From assembly GCA_003598135.1 (NCBI GenBank), contig QZKA01000027.1, forward strand, positions 20,788 through 84,787: a stretch of DNA of 64,000 nucleotides, read 5' to 3'. Position 1 is the stretch's first letter, and each line of letters starts with the position of its first letter. Both the position numbers and the translations under genes were made by a program. Under the pieces are notes generated by a model, which was not told the origin of the DNA, searched no databases, and saw nothing but the letters and a program-made list of their open reading frames with translations. Shown piece after piece: positions 56,265 through 64,000 of the stretch. This stretch comes from Candidatus Omnitrophota bacterium. GTDB lineage: Bacteria > Omnitrophota > Gorgyraeia > Gygaellales > Profunditerraquicolaceae.

Positions 56265-57794
56265 ATGACCATATTTATACAAACTTCCGACGATGCGCAG
56301 GATTTAAAATATGTAGCATTTATTTGCGAGACATTTAAACACGTTACCAAGACGGCGGTTGAGTTCAGGTTTCGAAAAGAAAACGATCCCATAGAATCGC
56401 AAGATTGTCTTATCAATTACGGGTTGCCGCCGAAAGAAGGCTGTATCAATATCCCAAGGGTGCGCTCTCGCATGCAGGAAGGTTATTGTTACGGCAAGTG
56501 CGATAGTTCATTCTTTACCGATGCGCGCCTGAGCGATACCGCACTACCCGTATACCGGCAGCTTCTCAGTAACCAGCAGGTCAGGGGTAGCGTAGTTTTT
56601 TCTGAGGCAAGCACCAAAGCGCCCTTAATTAGCAGCGCAGGCAGCGGGACCAAGGGAATCAATGTCCATTTCGACTTTTTTTACAACATCTTTTGTTTTT
56701 TGGGGAATATCCCTGATATTGCCTTTGAAGAGAAGCACGGGATTGCACACTCTTACGCAAAATTTATACGCCGAGATCAGGCGTTTTACGGTAAACCTTG
56801 GGTCAATTATTTTTTTATCATATTTCAGTCGTTGATAGAAGCGGTTTCAGGTAAAAGCCTTGATTGCCAAAAGTCGCCTCGCCGTTTAGGTTTTCAGGTT
56901 CTTATGATGTATGATGTCGATGCGATAAGAAAGACGCCGATCATGCAGGCAAAACAACTTTTGTTTATTGTCATTAACCTTTTCCGATCCCTTTTTGAAA
57001 TGGATTTTAAGAAATCCCGTGAAGAGGGGAAGCGTTTTTTTCGCTTTATTTTTTTTCGTTGTAATTATTTATGTTTTGAAGTAATTGCCTCAGGTGAGGA
57101 GTCGTTAAAGGTCCCTTCAATATTTAATATTTATCAAAAAATTAGATACGGGAGGATAAAGAAAATAAAAAGCCTGATCTTTGACCCCGCATATGATATT
57201 TCCAAAGAAGCGGTTTTAAAGGATTCGATTAAAATGTTGATTCGCAAAGGAAAAGGTATTGGGTTGCACTCAGGCTATAATTCCTATGCCTCAAGCGGTG
57301 AACTGTTATTACAGAAGTCCATGCTTTCTCGGACCCTAAATTATTCGGTAAGGGGGTTACGGCAGCACTGGTTGAGGTTTTCTGTTAAGAATACCTGGAA
57401 AGCGCAAGAGGAGGCAGGGTTTTTGTATGATGCCAGTTTTGGTTTTAACGATGCGATAGGGTTCAGGTCCGGGCTGGCGCATCCTTACTTTCCCTATTCG
57501 CACGAAGAAGGGAGAAGTTACAGGATTTTGGAGGTTCCGCCTGTATTGATGGATTCAACGCTCATGCATTATGGCAATCGTACAGAGGAGAGTGCATTTA
57601 CAGAAGCGGTCTGCGTGCTTAAAGAGGTGAAAAAATTCGCCGGAACCTGCGTGATGGTTTGGCATCAGGAATCTTTCTGTCGGGATTATGGATGGGGGAA
57701 CCTGTTGAAACGAATCCTTGGCTGGGTTGCCGATAGCGGAGGCAGCTTTATTTCAGAACAAGAGCTACTATCGCAATACAATCTTTTACATTAA
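56265..57794 (+). CDS. Polysaccharide deacetylase-like (NodB/CE4 fold) protein
   Basis: YDVD, IGLH, RQHWLRF, YDAS.GF, GFRSG...P, MD.TL and WH. Confidence 0.75.
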   Translation: MTIFIQTSDDAQDLKYVAFICETFKHVTKTAVEFRFRKENDPIESQDCLINYGLPPKEGCINIPRVRSRMQEGYCYGKCDSSFFTDARLSDTALPVYRQLLSNQQVRGSVVFSEASTKAPLISSAGSGTKGINVHFDFFYNIFCFLGNIPDIAFEEKHGIAHSYAKFIRRDQAFYGKPWVNYFFIIFQSLIEAVSGKSLDCQKSPRRLGFQVLMMYDVDAIRKTPIMQAKQLLFIVINLFRSLFEMDFKKSREEGKRFFRFIFFRCNYLCFEVIASGEESLKVPSIFNIYQKIRYGRIKKIKSLIFDPAYDISKEAVLKDSIKMLIRKGKGIGLHSGYNSYASSGELLLQKSMLSRTLNYSVRGLRQHWLRFSVKNTWKAQEEAGFLYDASFGFNDAIGFRSGLAHPYFPYSHEEGRSYRILEVPPVLMDSTLMHYGNRTEESAFTEAVCVLKEVKKFAGTCVMVWHQESFCRDYGWGNLLKRILGWVADSGGSFISEQELLSQYNLLH

Positions 57795-57803
57795 AGGGCT
57801 CCA

Positions 57804-58985
57804 TTGAAAACAAAGAATGTATTAATACTGGATGGCTTTACCAAGCATTCCCTCCCCTTTGTTCGGTCCCTGGGAAAAGAGGGGATCAGGATTACCCTCG
57901 GTTCTCCGGTGAAGTACCTGTCATTATCTTTTTATTCTAAATTCGTAAACAGGTTTTTCAGGTATCCCGAACCCGAAAGTAATCCCCAAGGCTTTGTTGA
58001 AGCCTTATTAGAAGAAGTCAAAAAGACCCATTATGACGCTATTTTTCCTTTAAGGGATGCTTCTACGTATCTTGTCTCCCGCCATAAGAAAGAGTTCCTC
58101 AAGCATACGAATACCGCTGTTGCCGATTTTAATCAGATGGAGATCGCTTCAGATAAATCTAAGACTATAACCTTTGCGCGAGGGCTGGGCGTAGCAATAC
58201 CCGTAACAAAAACTATCGATGAACAGGGTTTTTCCAGCCTTTGCGATTCAGACTTTCCCGCGGTTTTGAAGTTACCGATGAAATCCGGAGGGGTAAGGTA
58301 TGTAAACTCAAAGAGTGAGTTTCTCGGAGCTTTCAGGGCATTACGCAGCGAAAAGAGCGTTCTTTCTACCGGGCGAGTGTTGTTACAGGAATATATACCC
58401 GGACAGGGCTATGGCTACTTTGCGCTTTGTGACCAAGGCAGGGTTATTGCGCATTTCATGCATAAAAGAATCAGGGAGTATCCGGTAACTGGCGGCATCA
58501 GCGCGGCAGCCGAAAGTGTTTACGAAGATGGCCTGAAGTCTATCGGAGAATTAATCTTGAGCAGGCTACGGTGGCACGGGGTTATCATGATGGAATTCAA
58601 GCGCGATGCGCGCGATAACTCTTTTAAGCTTATGGAGCTCAATCCTAAATTCTGGGGGTCACTGGATTTAGCTATCGCCTGCGGGGTGGATTTTCCTGTT
58701 CTTGCCTATCGTCTTGCAACGCAGGAAGCATTAATTCCCCCTTTAAGCTATAACGTGGGAACGAAATTCCGATGGCTTATTCCGTGGGAGATCCTGCATG
58801 TATGTGCGAAGCCCGCTTCTCTGCCGGCTTTTATACGTGATTTTAAAGAAAAGAATGTTTTCTATGACATAGACTACCGGGACTTAAAACCTAACCTTTT
58901 TCAATGGCTTCTATTTTTAGGGTATGCGCGATACTATAAAGGCAAGCTGAAATTCCCTCACGGAAGGCCGCCATGTATACGGTAG
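57804..58985 (+). CDS. ATP-grasp carboxylate-amine ligase
   Basis: VRSLG, DK..T, QEYIPG, EFK.D and ELNPKFWGS...A...GVDFP. Confidence 0.85.
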   Translation: MKTKNVLILDGFTKHSLPFVRSLGKEGIRITLGSPVKYLSLSFYSKFVNRFFRYPEPESNPQGFVEALLEEVKKTHYDAIFPLRDASTYLVSRHKKEFLKHTNTAVADFNQMEIASDKSKTITFARGLGVAIPVTKTIDEQGFSSLCDSDFPAVLKLPMKSGGVRYVNSKSEFLGAFRALRSEKSVLSTGRVLLQEYIPGQGYGYFALCDQGRVIAHFMHKRIREYPVTGGISAAAESVYEDGLKSIGELILSRLRWHGVIMMEFKRDARDNSFKLMELNPKFWGSLDLAIACGVDFPVLAYRLATQEALIPPLSYNVGTKFRWLIPWEILHVCAKPASLPAFIRDFKEKNVFYDIDYRDLKPNLFQWLLFLGYARYYKGKLKFPHGRPPCIR

Positions 58986-59605
58986 ATTTTCATATTCATT
59001 CACGGTACTCTTTCGACGCGCTTTCTTCCATAGACGGATTGCTCTGCAAAGCAAAGAAGTGCGGTTTAGACGCAATCGCGATTACCGACCACAATACGAT
59101 ACGGGGAAGCGTTGAGGCTGCGCGAAGAAACACAGACCCGGGATTTTTGGTAATCTGTGCTTCTGAGGTTGCTACGGAATTCGGGGATATGATCGGTTTG
59201 TTTCTCAATAAAGAAATCACCTCGCGAAAGTGTGCTGATGTAATCGAGGAAATAAAAGGGCAGGGTGGAGTAGTATTGATTCCGCATCCGGACTTACGCA
59301 GGCTGCCGTTATCCATTCTTAAGTCCGCCGATTTGATAGAACTTTACAGTGCCCGCAGTCCTGCGAAAGAGGAATTACGAATTGCGCAGATTGCCGAGGA
59401 GTGCTCTTTGATACCTGTAGGAGGTAGTGACGCGCACTTTGTTTCCGATGTGGGTAGCTGTCTGAATACGTATGAGGAAAAAATAGCCAACATGGAATCG
59501 CTTAAAGCGGTCGTTACCCGCAGTGCTCCCGATGTCAAGATACTGAAGAAAGCGTCGTTTCTTAAATTTTGCGCCAGCCAGCTCATAAAGCATATTAAAT
59601 CATGA
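58973..59605 (+). CDS. PHP-domain phosphoesterase
   Basis: DFHIHS..S.D, AITDHN, PHP and GGSDAH. Confidence 0.88.
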   Translation: MYTVDFHIHSRYSFDALSSIDGLLCKAKKCGLDAIAITDHNTIRGSVEAARRNTDPGFLVICASEVATEFGDMIGLFLNKEITSRKCADVIEEIKGQGGVVLIPHPDLRRLPLSILKSADLIELYSARSPAKEELRIAQIAEECSLIPVGGSDAHFVSDVGSCLNTYEEKIANMESLKAVVTRSAPDVKILKKASFLKFCASQLIKHIKS

Positions 59606-60585
59606 AAACGCAATTATGGGACAGCCTTATTAAGGTTTTGGGCCGGGTGATTGCCAGGTACTATTTAAAAAAGCCTTCATTTGAGTATATTATTTCCACT
59701 CGCTACCCAAGCGCATCCGCGTTTTTTTTAGACTCCTTGAATCAATTGATGAGGGGCTTGGGTTCAACGTTTGTGTTTGGCCTGACTACCGTGACGTTTG
59801 AGTTGACAAATGTATGTAACCTAAAATGCTCTATCTGTCCGGTAAATTCTGGAATGAAGCGGAAAAGGGGCCTTTTTCCGCTCAAGGAGTACAAAAGAAT
59901 AATTGATGCAAATCCTCTTATAAGAAGGGTAGGTTTGGTAAATTGGGGGGAGCCGCTTCTGCATCCGGAATTCGTAGAATTTATTACGTATGCTTCTTCT
60001 AAGGGCATCCATACGTCAACCACGACTAATGCAGTATTACTTAACGAAGGCAAATGTAAAGAAATAATAAGTAGCGGGTTAGATATTATGAGATTTTCCA
60101 TGGATGCAGTCGGAAAAGAATACGAGAAAATACGAGGGCATAATTATCTAGAAGTAAAACAGAATATCGAGCGCTTCATAGAATATAGGAACCGAAACAA
60201 CCCGCGGATGAAGATTGAAATAACCGCAGTGATTGGTAATGATAACGAAGCGGACATCGGGGCGCTTAAAGAAGAGTGGAAAGGCAAAGTCGATTTCATC
60301 AATTTTCAACCGTTGTTGTTATTCCAAAAGCATTCAAGGCAACAGGCGTGCAGGGAATTATGGAGGAGCCTCTACGTGCTCGTTGACGGAACCGTTATTC
60401 CCTGTTGCGCTGATTATGAAGGATTGCTTGATGTAGGGAATGCGTTTACTCAGGATTTAGAGAAAATATGGAACGGCAGGCTGATTCGGGAACTAAGGCG
60501 CGGGCATTTATCTAGGAGGTTTCAAGCTACATGTGCTCTTTGCTCGGAATTTTCGTCCAGCCGGATAGAAAGCAGGTTTCAATAA
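59602..60585 (+). CDS. Radical SAM protein with SPASM/twitch domain
   Basis: ELTNVCNLKCSICP, GEPLLHP and C.ELW...DGTVIPCC.D...IWNG...CALC. Confidence 0.88.
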   Translation: MKTQLWDSLIKVLGRVIARYYLKKPSFEYIISTRYPSASAFFLDSLNQLMRGLGSTFVFGLTTVTFELTNVCNLKCSICPVNSGMKRKRGLFPLKEYKRIIDANPLIRRVGLVNWGEPLLHPEFVEFITYASSKGIHTSTTTNAVLLNEGKCKEIISSGLDIMRFSMDAVGKEYEKIRGHNYLEVKQNIERFIEYRNRNNPRMKIEITAVIGNDNEADIGALKEEWKGKVDFINFQPLLLFQKHSRQQACRELWRSLYVLVDGTVIPCCADYEGLLDVGNAFTQDLEKIWNGRLIRELRRGHLSRRFQATCALCSEFSSSRIESRFQ

Positions 60586-60588
60586 GAT

Positions 60589-62061
60589 ATGAAAATTTTG
60601 CTTATTTTTCCTCCGCTTGTTCATAAACAGATATATGACCTTCCTGAGTTTGTTGAAAATGAAGCGTCTTTGCATCCTCCTTTAGGCTTAATGTCTTTGG
60701 CTGGCTACCTGCAACGCTTCAGTAGGCATGAAGTGAGGATCCTTGATGCCAATGCGCAAAAAATGGAGTATCGTCAATTAAGTCAGGCCCTGCAGGAATA
60801 TGGGCCGGATCTGGTAGGGATAACCGTAAATACCACCTTTTTATACGATGCAGCGTTAACTGCCAAAACGGTGAAGGAAGTAGACAGAGATATCCATGTC
60901 TGCCTTGGCGGCGCCCATGTGAATTTGTATCCAAACCAGACCATGCGCCTGGAAGGGGTTGATTCAGTGGTGGTAGGTGACGGAGAATTATCCTTCATGA
61001 AGTTGGCCGATTCTCTTAGCGAAGAAAAAAATGGGTCAGGCATTGACGGCGTTTTCATAAGTAAGACAGACAGAGATAAAAAAATAAATCCCATGAATCC
61101 TGCCTATTATATCGATGACCTCGATTCTTTGCCGTTTCCTGCGCGCGGCCTGGTAAACCCACAAGATTATTACTCGGTTTTTTCTTCAGGAAAGACAAAA
61201 TTGATGACTTCACTCGTTACCAGCAGGGGGTGTCCTTTCAGGTGTTCTTTTTGCCAGCTGCCTTTTGAGAAACTCAGGATGCGCTCCCCAAAGAATGTTA
61301 TTGAAGAAATAGAAGAGTGTGTCGAAAACGGTTATGCAGAATTTGATATTTACGATGACACATTCAATTTTTCCATAGACAGGGTAATTGAGATATGCAA
61401 GCTTATTTGTGAGAAGAAGTTTAAGATCGAGTGGTCATTCAGGGGAAGGGTGGATAGGGTTAATAGAGAAATGTTGCAATGGGCAAAAAAGGCAGGATGC
61501 AGCCGGATTCAGTTCGGAATTGAGTCTGGGTCACAGCGGATATTATCCGCATACAACAAAGGAATATCCTTAAGCGATGTCTATGAGGCATTCAGGCTTA
61601 TGCGCCAAGTCGGTATCGCTTCTTTTGCCTATTTTATTGTGGGAGGGCCTGGTGAGACACTGCAAGATTTCGAGGAGTCGCTTACGTTGATTAAAAAGAT
61701 AAAGCCCGACTACATCACCTTTTCCATCTTAAAACCGATGCCCGGAACAGCCATATACGACTTAAGCCTAAAAAAAGGGTTACGAAAAAATGATTACTGG
61801 GAGGGGTTCGCACGTAATCCTACAAAAGACTTTATCCCTCCGCTATGGGAGGAGAACTTTACTCTTAGTGAATTGATAGCGTTGCGTAACCGTGCGCTGA
61901 GAAGTTTTTATTTCCGCCTTTCGTATATCGCACGCAGGGCAACTACTATAAAGAGCCTCAATGAACTAACGAATATGGTCAAATCGGGAATTTTACTTTT
62001 TAGGGATATCTGCGTAAGTCCGATATTCAAGGCCTCTATACAACATGTTAAGAAAACTTAA
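60589..62061 (+). CDS. Cobalamin-binding radical SAM protein
   Basis: PPLGLMSLA, GGAH, GDGE, TSRGCPFRCSFC, DDTF, GIESGSQ and P.PGT. Confidence 0.88.
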   Translation: MKILLIFPPLVHKQIYDLPEFVENEASLHPPLGLMSLAGYLQRFSRHEVRILDANAQKMEYRQLSQALQEYGPDLVGITVNTTFLYDAALTAKTVKEVDRDIHVCLGGAHVNLYPNQTMRLEGVDSVVVGDGELSFMKLADSLSEEKNGSGIDGVFISKTDRDKKINPMNPAYYIDDLDSLPFPARGLVNPQDYYSVFSSGKTKLMTSLVTSRGCPFRCSFCQLPFEKLRMRSPKNVIEEIEECVENGYAEFDIYDDTFNFSIDRVIEICKLICEKKFKIEWSFRGRVDRVNREMLQWAKKAGCSRIQFGIESGSQRILSAYNKGISLSDVYEAFRLMRQVGIASFAYFIVGGPGETLQDFEESLTLIKKIKPDYITFSILKPMPGTAIYDLSLKKGLRKNDYWEGFARNPTKDFIPPLWEENFTLSELIALRNRALRSFYFRLSYIARRATTIKSLNELTNMVKSGILLFRDICVSPIFKASIQHVKKT

Positions 62062-63196
62062 AAAGAGGATCGATAGTTTTATCGCCCATCCTAACTCCCA
62101 GGACGAAGGAATATTTTCGCTTCTGTGGCAGGCAATGCCATATTACGTCTCGAGGAAGGGCTTTAGCCTTTTCCCTAAAATAATTTATCTGGTTGTCAAT
62201 AGCGTCTGCAATCTTCATTGTAAAATGTGCGATGTGGGAATGAATGATAAGGAGACCTATTTTTATAAGAACATGGTGGCAGATGCGCGCCAGGAACTCG
62301 ACCCCACCCGGCTTAAAGCACTTTTTGAAGAAGTAAAAAAGTTCAAACCGCTTATTTCCATCACCTCAACCGAGCCACTTTTGTACGGTCCTTTGCTGGA
62401 AGTCTGTGAATATGCTACAAAGAAATGCGGCTTAAAAGTTTCCATAAATACCAACGGACTGCTATTGGAGGATATGGCAGAAGGACTTCTTCGTGCCGGA
62501 ATTACAAGGATTGTAGTTTCACTGGACGGGCCGCCTGAGGTTAACGATATGATACGCGGTTTTTCCGGTGGTTTTAACCGCGTTTTGGCCGGAATGCGCA
62601 AAATCGACCGGATTAAAAAACAGAGAAAGCTGCGATACCCGCGTTTTGCCACTATCCATGTAGTCACCAATTATAATTATGATTCGCTTGACCGCATCCC
62701 GGATTACTTCAGCGGTATTGACATAGAAAAATTTATTTTTTCGCATATGACATTCATTACGCAGGAGATGGCTGATGCCCATAACCGCATATATGCGCAT
62801 ATCTATCCCATTACGCACTCCTGTATCGGGGGAGGGATTGATCCGAAAAAGGTTGATGTTGAGGTACTCTGGGACCAGCTTAATAAGGTCAAAAGAATGC
62901 TTAAAAATAAAGCATTCTTCAGCCCGACAATGGATAAAGAGGATTTGCAGAAATACTACCTTGAGCCTGATAGTTTTGTCGGCGGACACCGTTGCTATAT
63001 TCCCTGGGGGGTAAGCCAGATTACTGCCAGCGGCGATGTGATTGGCCTTACCCGCTGTTTTCATTACCCGATGGGCAATATATATGAGAATAGCTTTAAG
63101 GAGATATGGAACGGAGATAAATTGAGAAGATTCAGGAAGGATTTACGCGCAAAAGGTGCTTTTGTTGCCTGTAGCCGTTGCCGCGGAGTGTTATAG
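62045..63196 (+). CDS. Radical SAM protein with SPASM/twitch domain
   Basis: CNLHCKMC, EPLL, TNG, SLDG and CYIPW...C...GNI.....EIWNG...CSRC. Confidence 0.86.
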   Translation: MLRKLKKRIDSFIAHPNSQDEGIFSLLWQAMPYYVSRKGFSLFPKIIYLVVNSVCNLHCKMCDVGMNDKETYFYKNMVADARQELDPTRLKALFEEVKKFKPLISITSTEPLLYGPLLEVCEYATKKCGLKVSINTNGLLLEDMAEGLLRAGITRIVVSLDGPPEVNDMIRGFSGGFNRVLAGMRKIDRIKKQRKLRYPRFATIHVVTNYNYDSLDRIPDYFSGIDIEKFIFSHMTFITQEMADAHNRIYAHIYPITHSCIGGGIDPKKVDVEVLWDQLNKVKRMLKNKAFFSPTMDKEDLQKYYLEPDSFVGGHRCYIPWGVSQITASGDVIGLTRCFHYPMGNIYENSFKEIWNGDKLRRFRKDLRAKGAFVACSRCRGVL

Positions 63197-63198
63197 AG

Positions 63199-63927
63199 AT
63201 GCGCGAGCTTTCTTTGGTTATTCCTTTATACAATGAAGCAGATAATATCAGCGAATTGATTGAAACACTATCCCGTGCGTTGGATAAAGAGAAAATAGAT
63301 TACGAGCTTGTGCTTGTGGATAATGGCTCATGCGATGCGACAGGAGACTTGATTGAAAAATACTCAAGGACCAACAATCGCATACGTAAAGTAACAGTGG
63401 TTAAGAATCGTGGCTATGGCTGGGGGATTATTAAAGGCCTGGAAGGGGCTTGCGGTGAGTATCTCGGTTTTATGTGCGGAGACGGCCAGATAAAGCCGGC
63501 AGATGTCGTAAAGGTATATAGAAAATTAACAGAAAAACGCCTGGATTTATGTAAAGTCAGGAGGGTTTTCCGGGAAGACGGGTTGCAACGTAAAGTCATA
63601 TCGTTTTTCTATAACGCGATTTTCGGCGTTCTTTTTAAGGCACACACCGATGATATAAACGGCACCCCCAAGATATTTGCGCGCCGCTTATATGAGGCGC
63701 TTAAGCCCGTTTCAAAAGATTGGTTCATCGATGCGGAGATCATTCTGAAGTGCGCGCAATTGCGCGGTAAGGTTGGGTCAGTACCGGTAACATTCTACAA
63801 GAGGAAGTGCGGCTCAACCAATGTGGGGCTGGCTACGATTATGGAGTTCCTTAAAAACATTACATTATATTATTTCATGCCGGAGAAATTCAGAAGGGAA
63901 CATGGAGACGTCACTAAAAGGCTGTAG
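63199..63927 (+). CDS. GT2 glycosyltransferase (DPM1-like)
   Basis: VIPLYNE, DNGS.D, N.GYG, DGQ and WFIDAE. Start ATG 63199. Confidence 0.85.
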   Translation: MRELSLVIPLYNEADNISELIETLSRALDKEKIDYELVLVDNGSCDATGDLIEKYSRTNNRIRKVTVVKNRGYGWGIIKGLEGACGEYLGFMCGDGQIKPADVVKVYRKLTEKRLDLCKVRRVFREDGLQRKVISFFYNAIFGVLFKAHTDDINGTPKIFARRLYEALKPVSKDWFIDAEIILKCAQLRGKVGSVPVTFYKRKCGSTNVGLATIMEFLKNITLYYFMPEKFRREHGDVTKRL

Positions 63928-64000
63928 AGTCCTGGTTACGGGCATAAACGGTTTTATCGGCTCTCATCTAGCGCGGGAGTTGATTGCGACCGGAGCAGAG
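63902..64000 (+). CDS. NAD-dependent epimerase/dehydratase, 3'-truncated by window
   Basis: Manual translation METSLKGCRVLVTGINGFIGSHLARELIATGAE contains the TGxxGFIG Rossmann motif. Confidence 0.8.
   Translation, partial: METSLKGCRVLVTGINGFIGSHLARELIATGAE

Noticed and set aside
34186-63196. RiPP or hopanoid cluster explanation for the radical SAM genes
   Set aside because: No precursor peptide, peptidase, RRE/PqqD domain or squalene-hopene cyclase is visible; all neighbours are sugar enzymes.
1-64000. CRISPR arrays, tRNA/rRNA, IS elements, prophage or defence genes
   Set aside because: None recognised. Intergenic spaces are too short or otherwise explained, and no transposase or integrase motifs appear in the ORF track.

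Overview
A gene-dense bacterial chromosome segment in which every credible gene lies on the + strand. Pilin style and gene order suggest Ca. Omnitrophota/PVC; this is an inference. There are three blocks. (1) 1-11.2 kb: the 3' part of an LptD-like gene, a WbpA-like nucleotide-sugar dehydrogenase, and a type IV pilus locus with four paralogous pilins, pilV/W/X-like minor pilins and pilMNOPQ. The probable major pilin lies behind a c-di-GMP-I riboswitch with an unusual 48-nt two-hairpin insertion. (2) 11.2-23.6 kb: housekeeping genes (DUF2344, rng, rplU, obgE, proB, proA, nadD, rpe, phosphohexomutase, plsC, ispH, rpsA, tyrS), with no rpmA between rplU and obgE. (3) 23.6 kb to the end: a surface-glycan cluster of more than 40 kb. 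It encodes nucleotide-sugar enzymes, a flippase, GT2/GT4 transferases, an STT3-like GT-C membrane protein, three Gfo/Idh/MocA paralogues, and nine radical SAM enzymes (5 cobalamin-binding type, 4 SPASM/twitch type) with a DUF362-ferredoxin. The most striking signal is 35 N-X-S/T sequons (hand count) in the seven pilin-family proteins versus none in PilM/N/O. This suggests a heavily N-glycosylated pilus, possibly decorated by a radical-SAM-tailored glycan. No rRNA, tRNA, CRISPR or mobile element was seen. All calls come from motif recognition; no searches were run.
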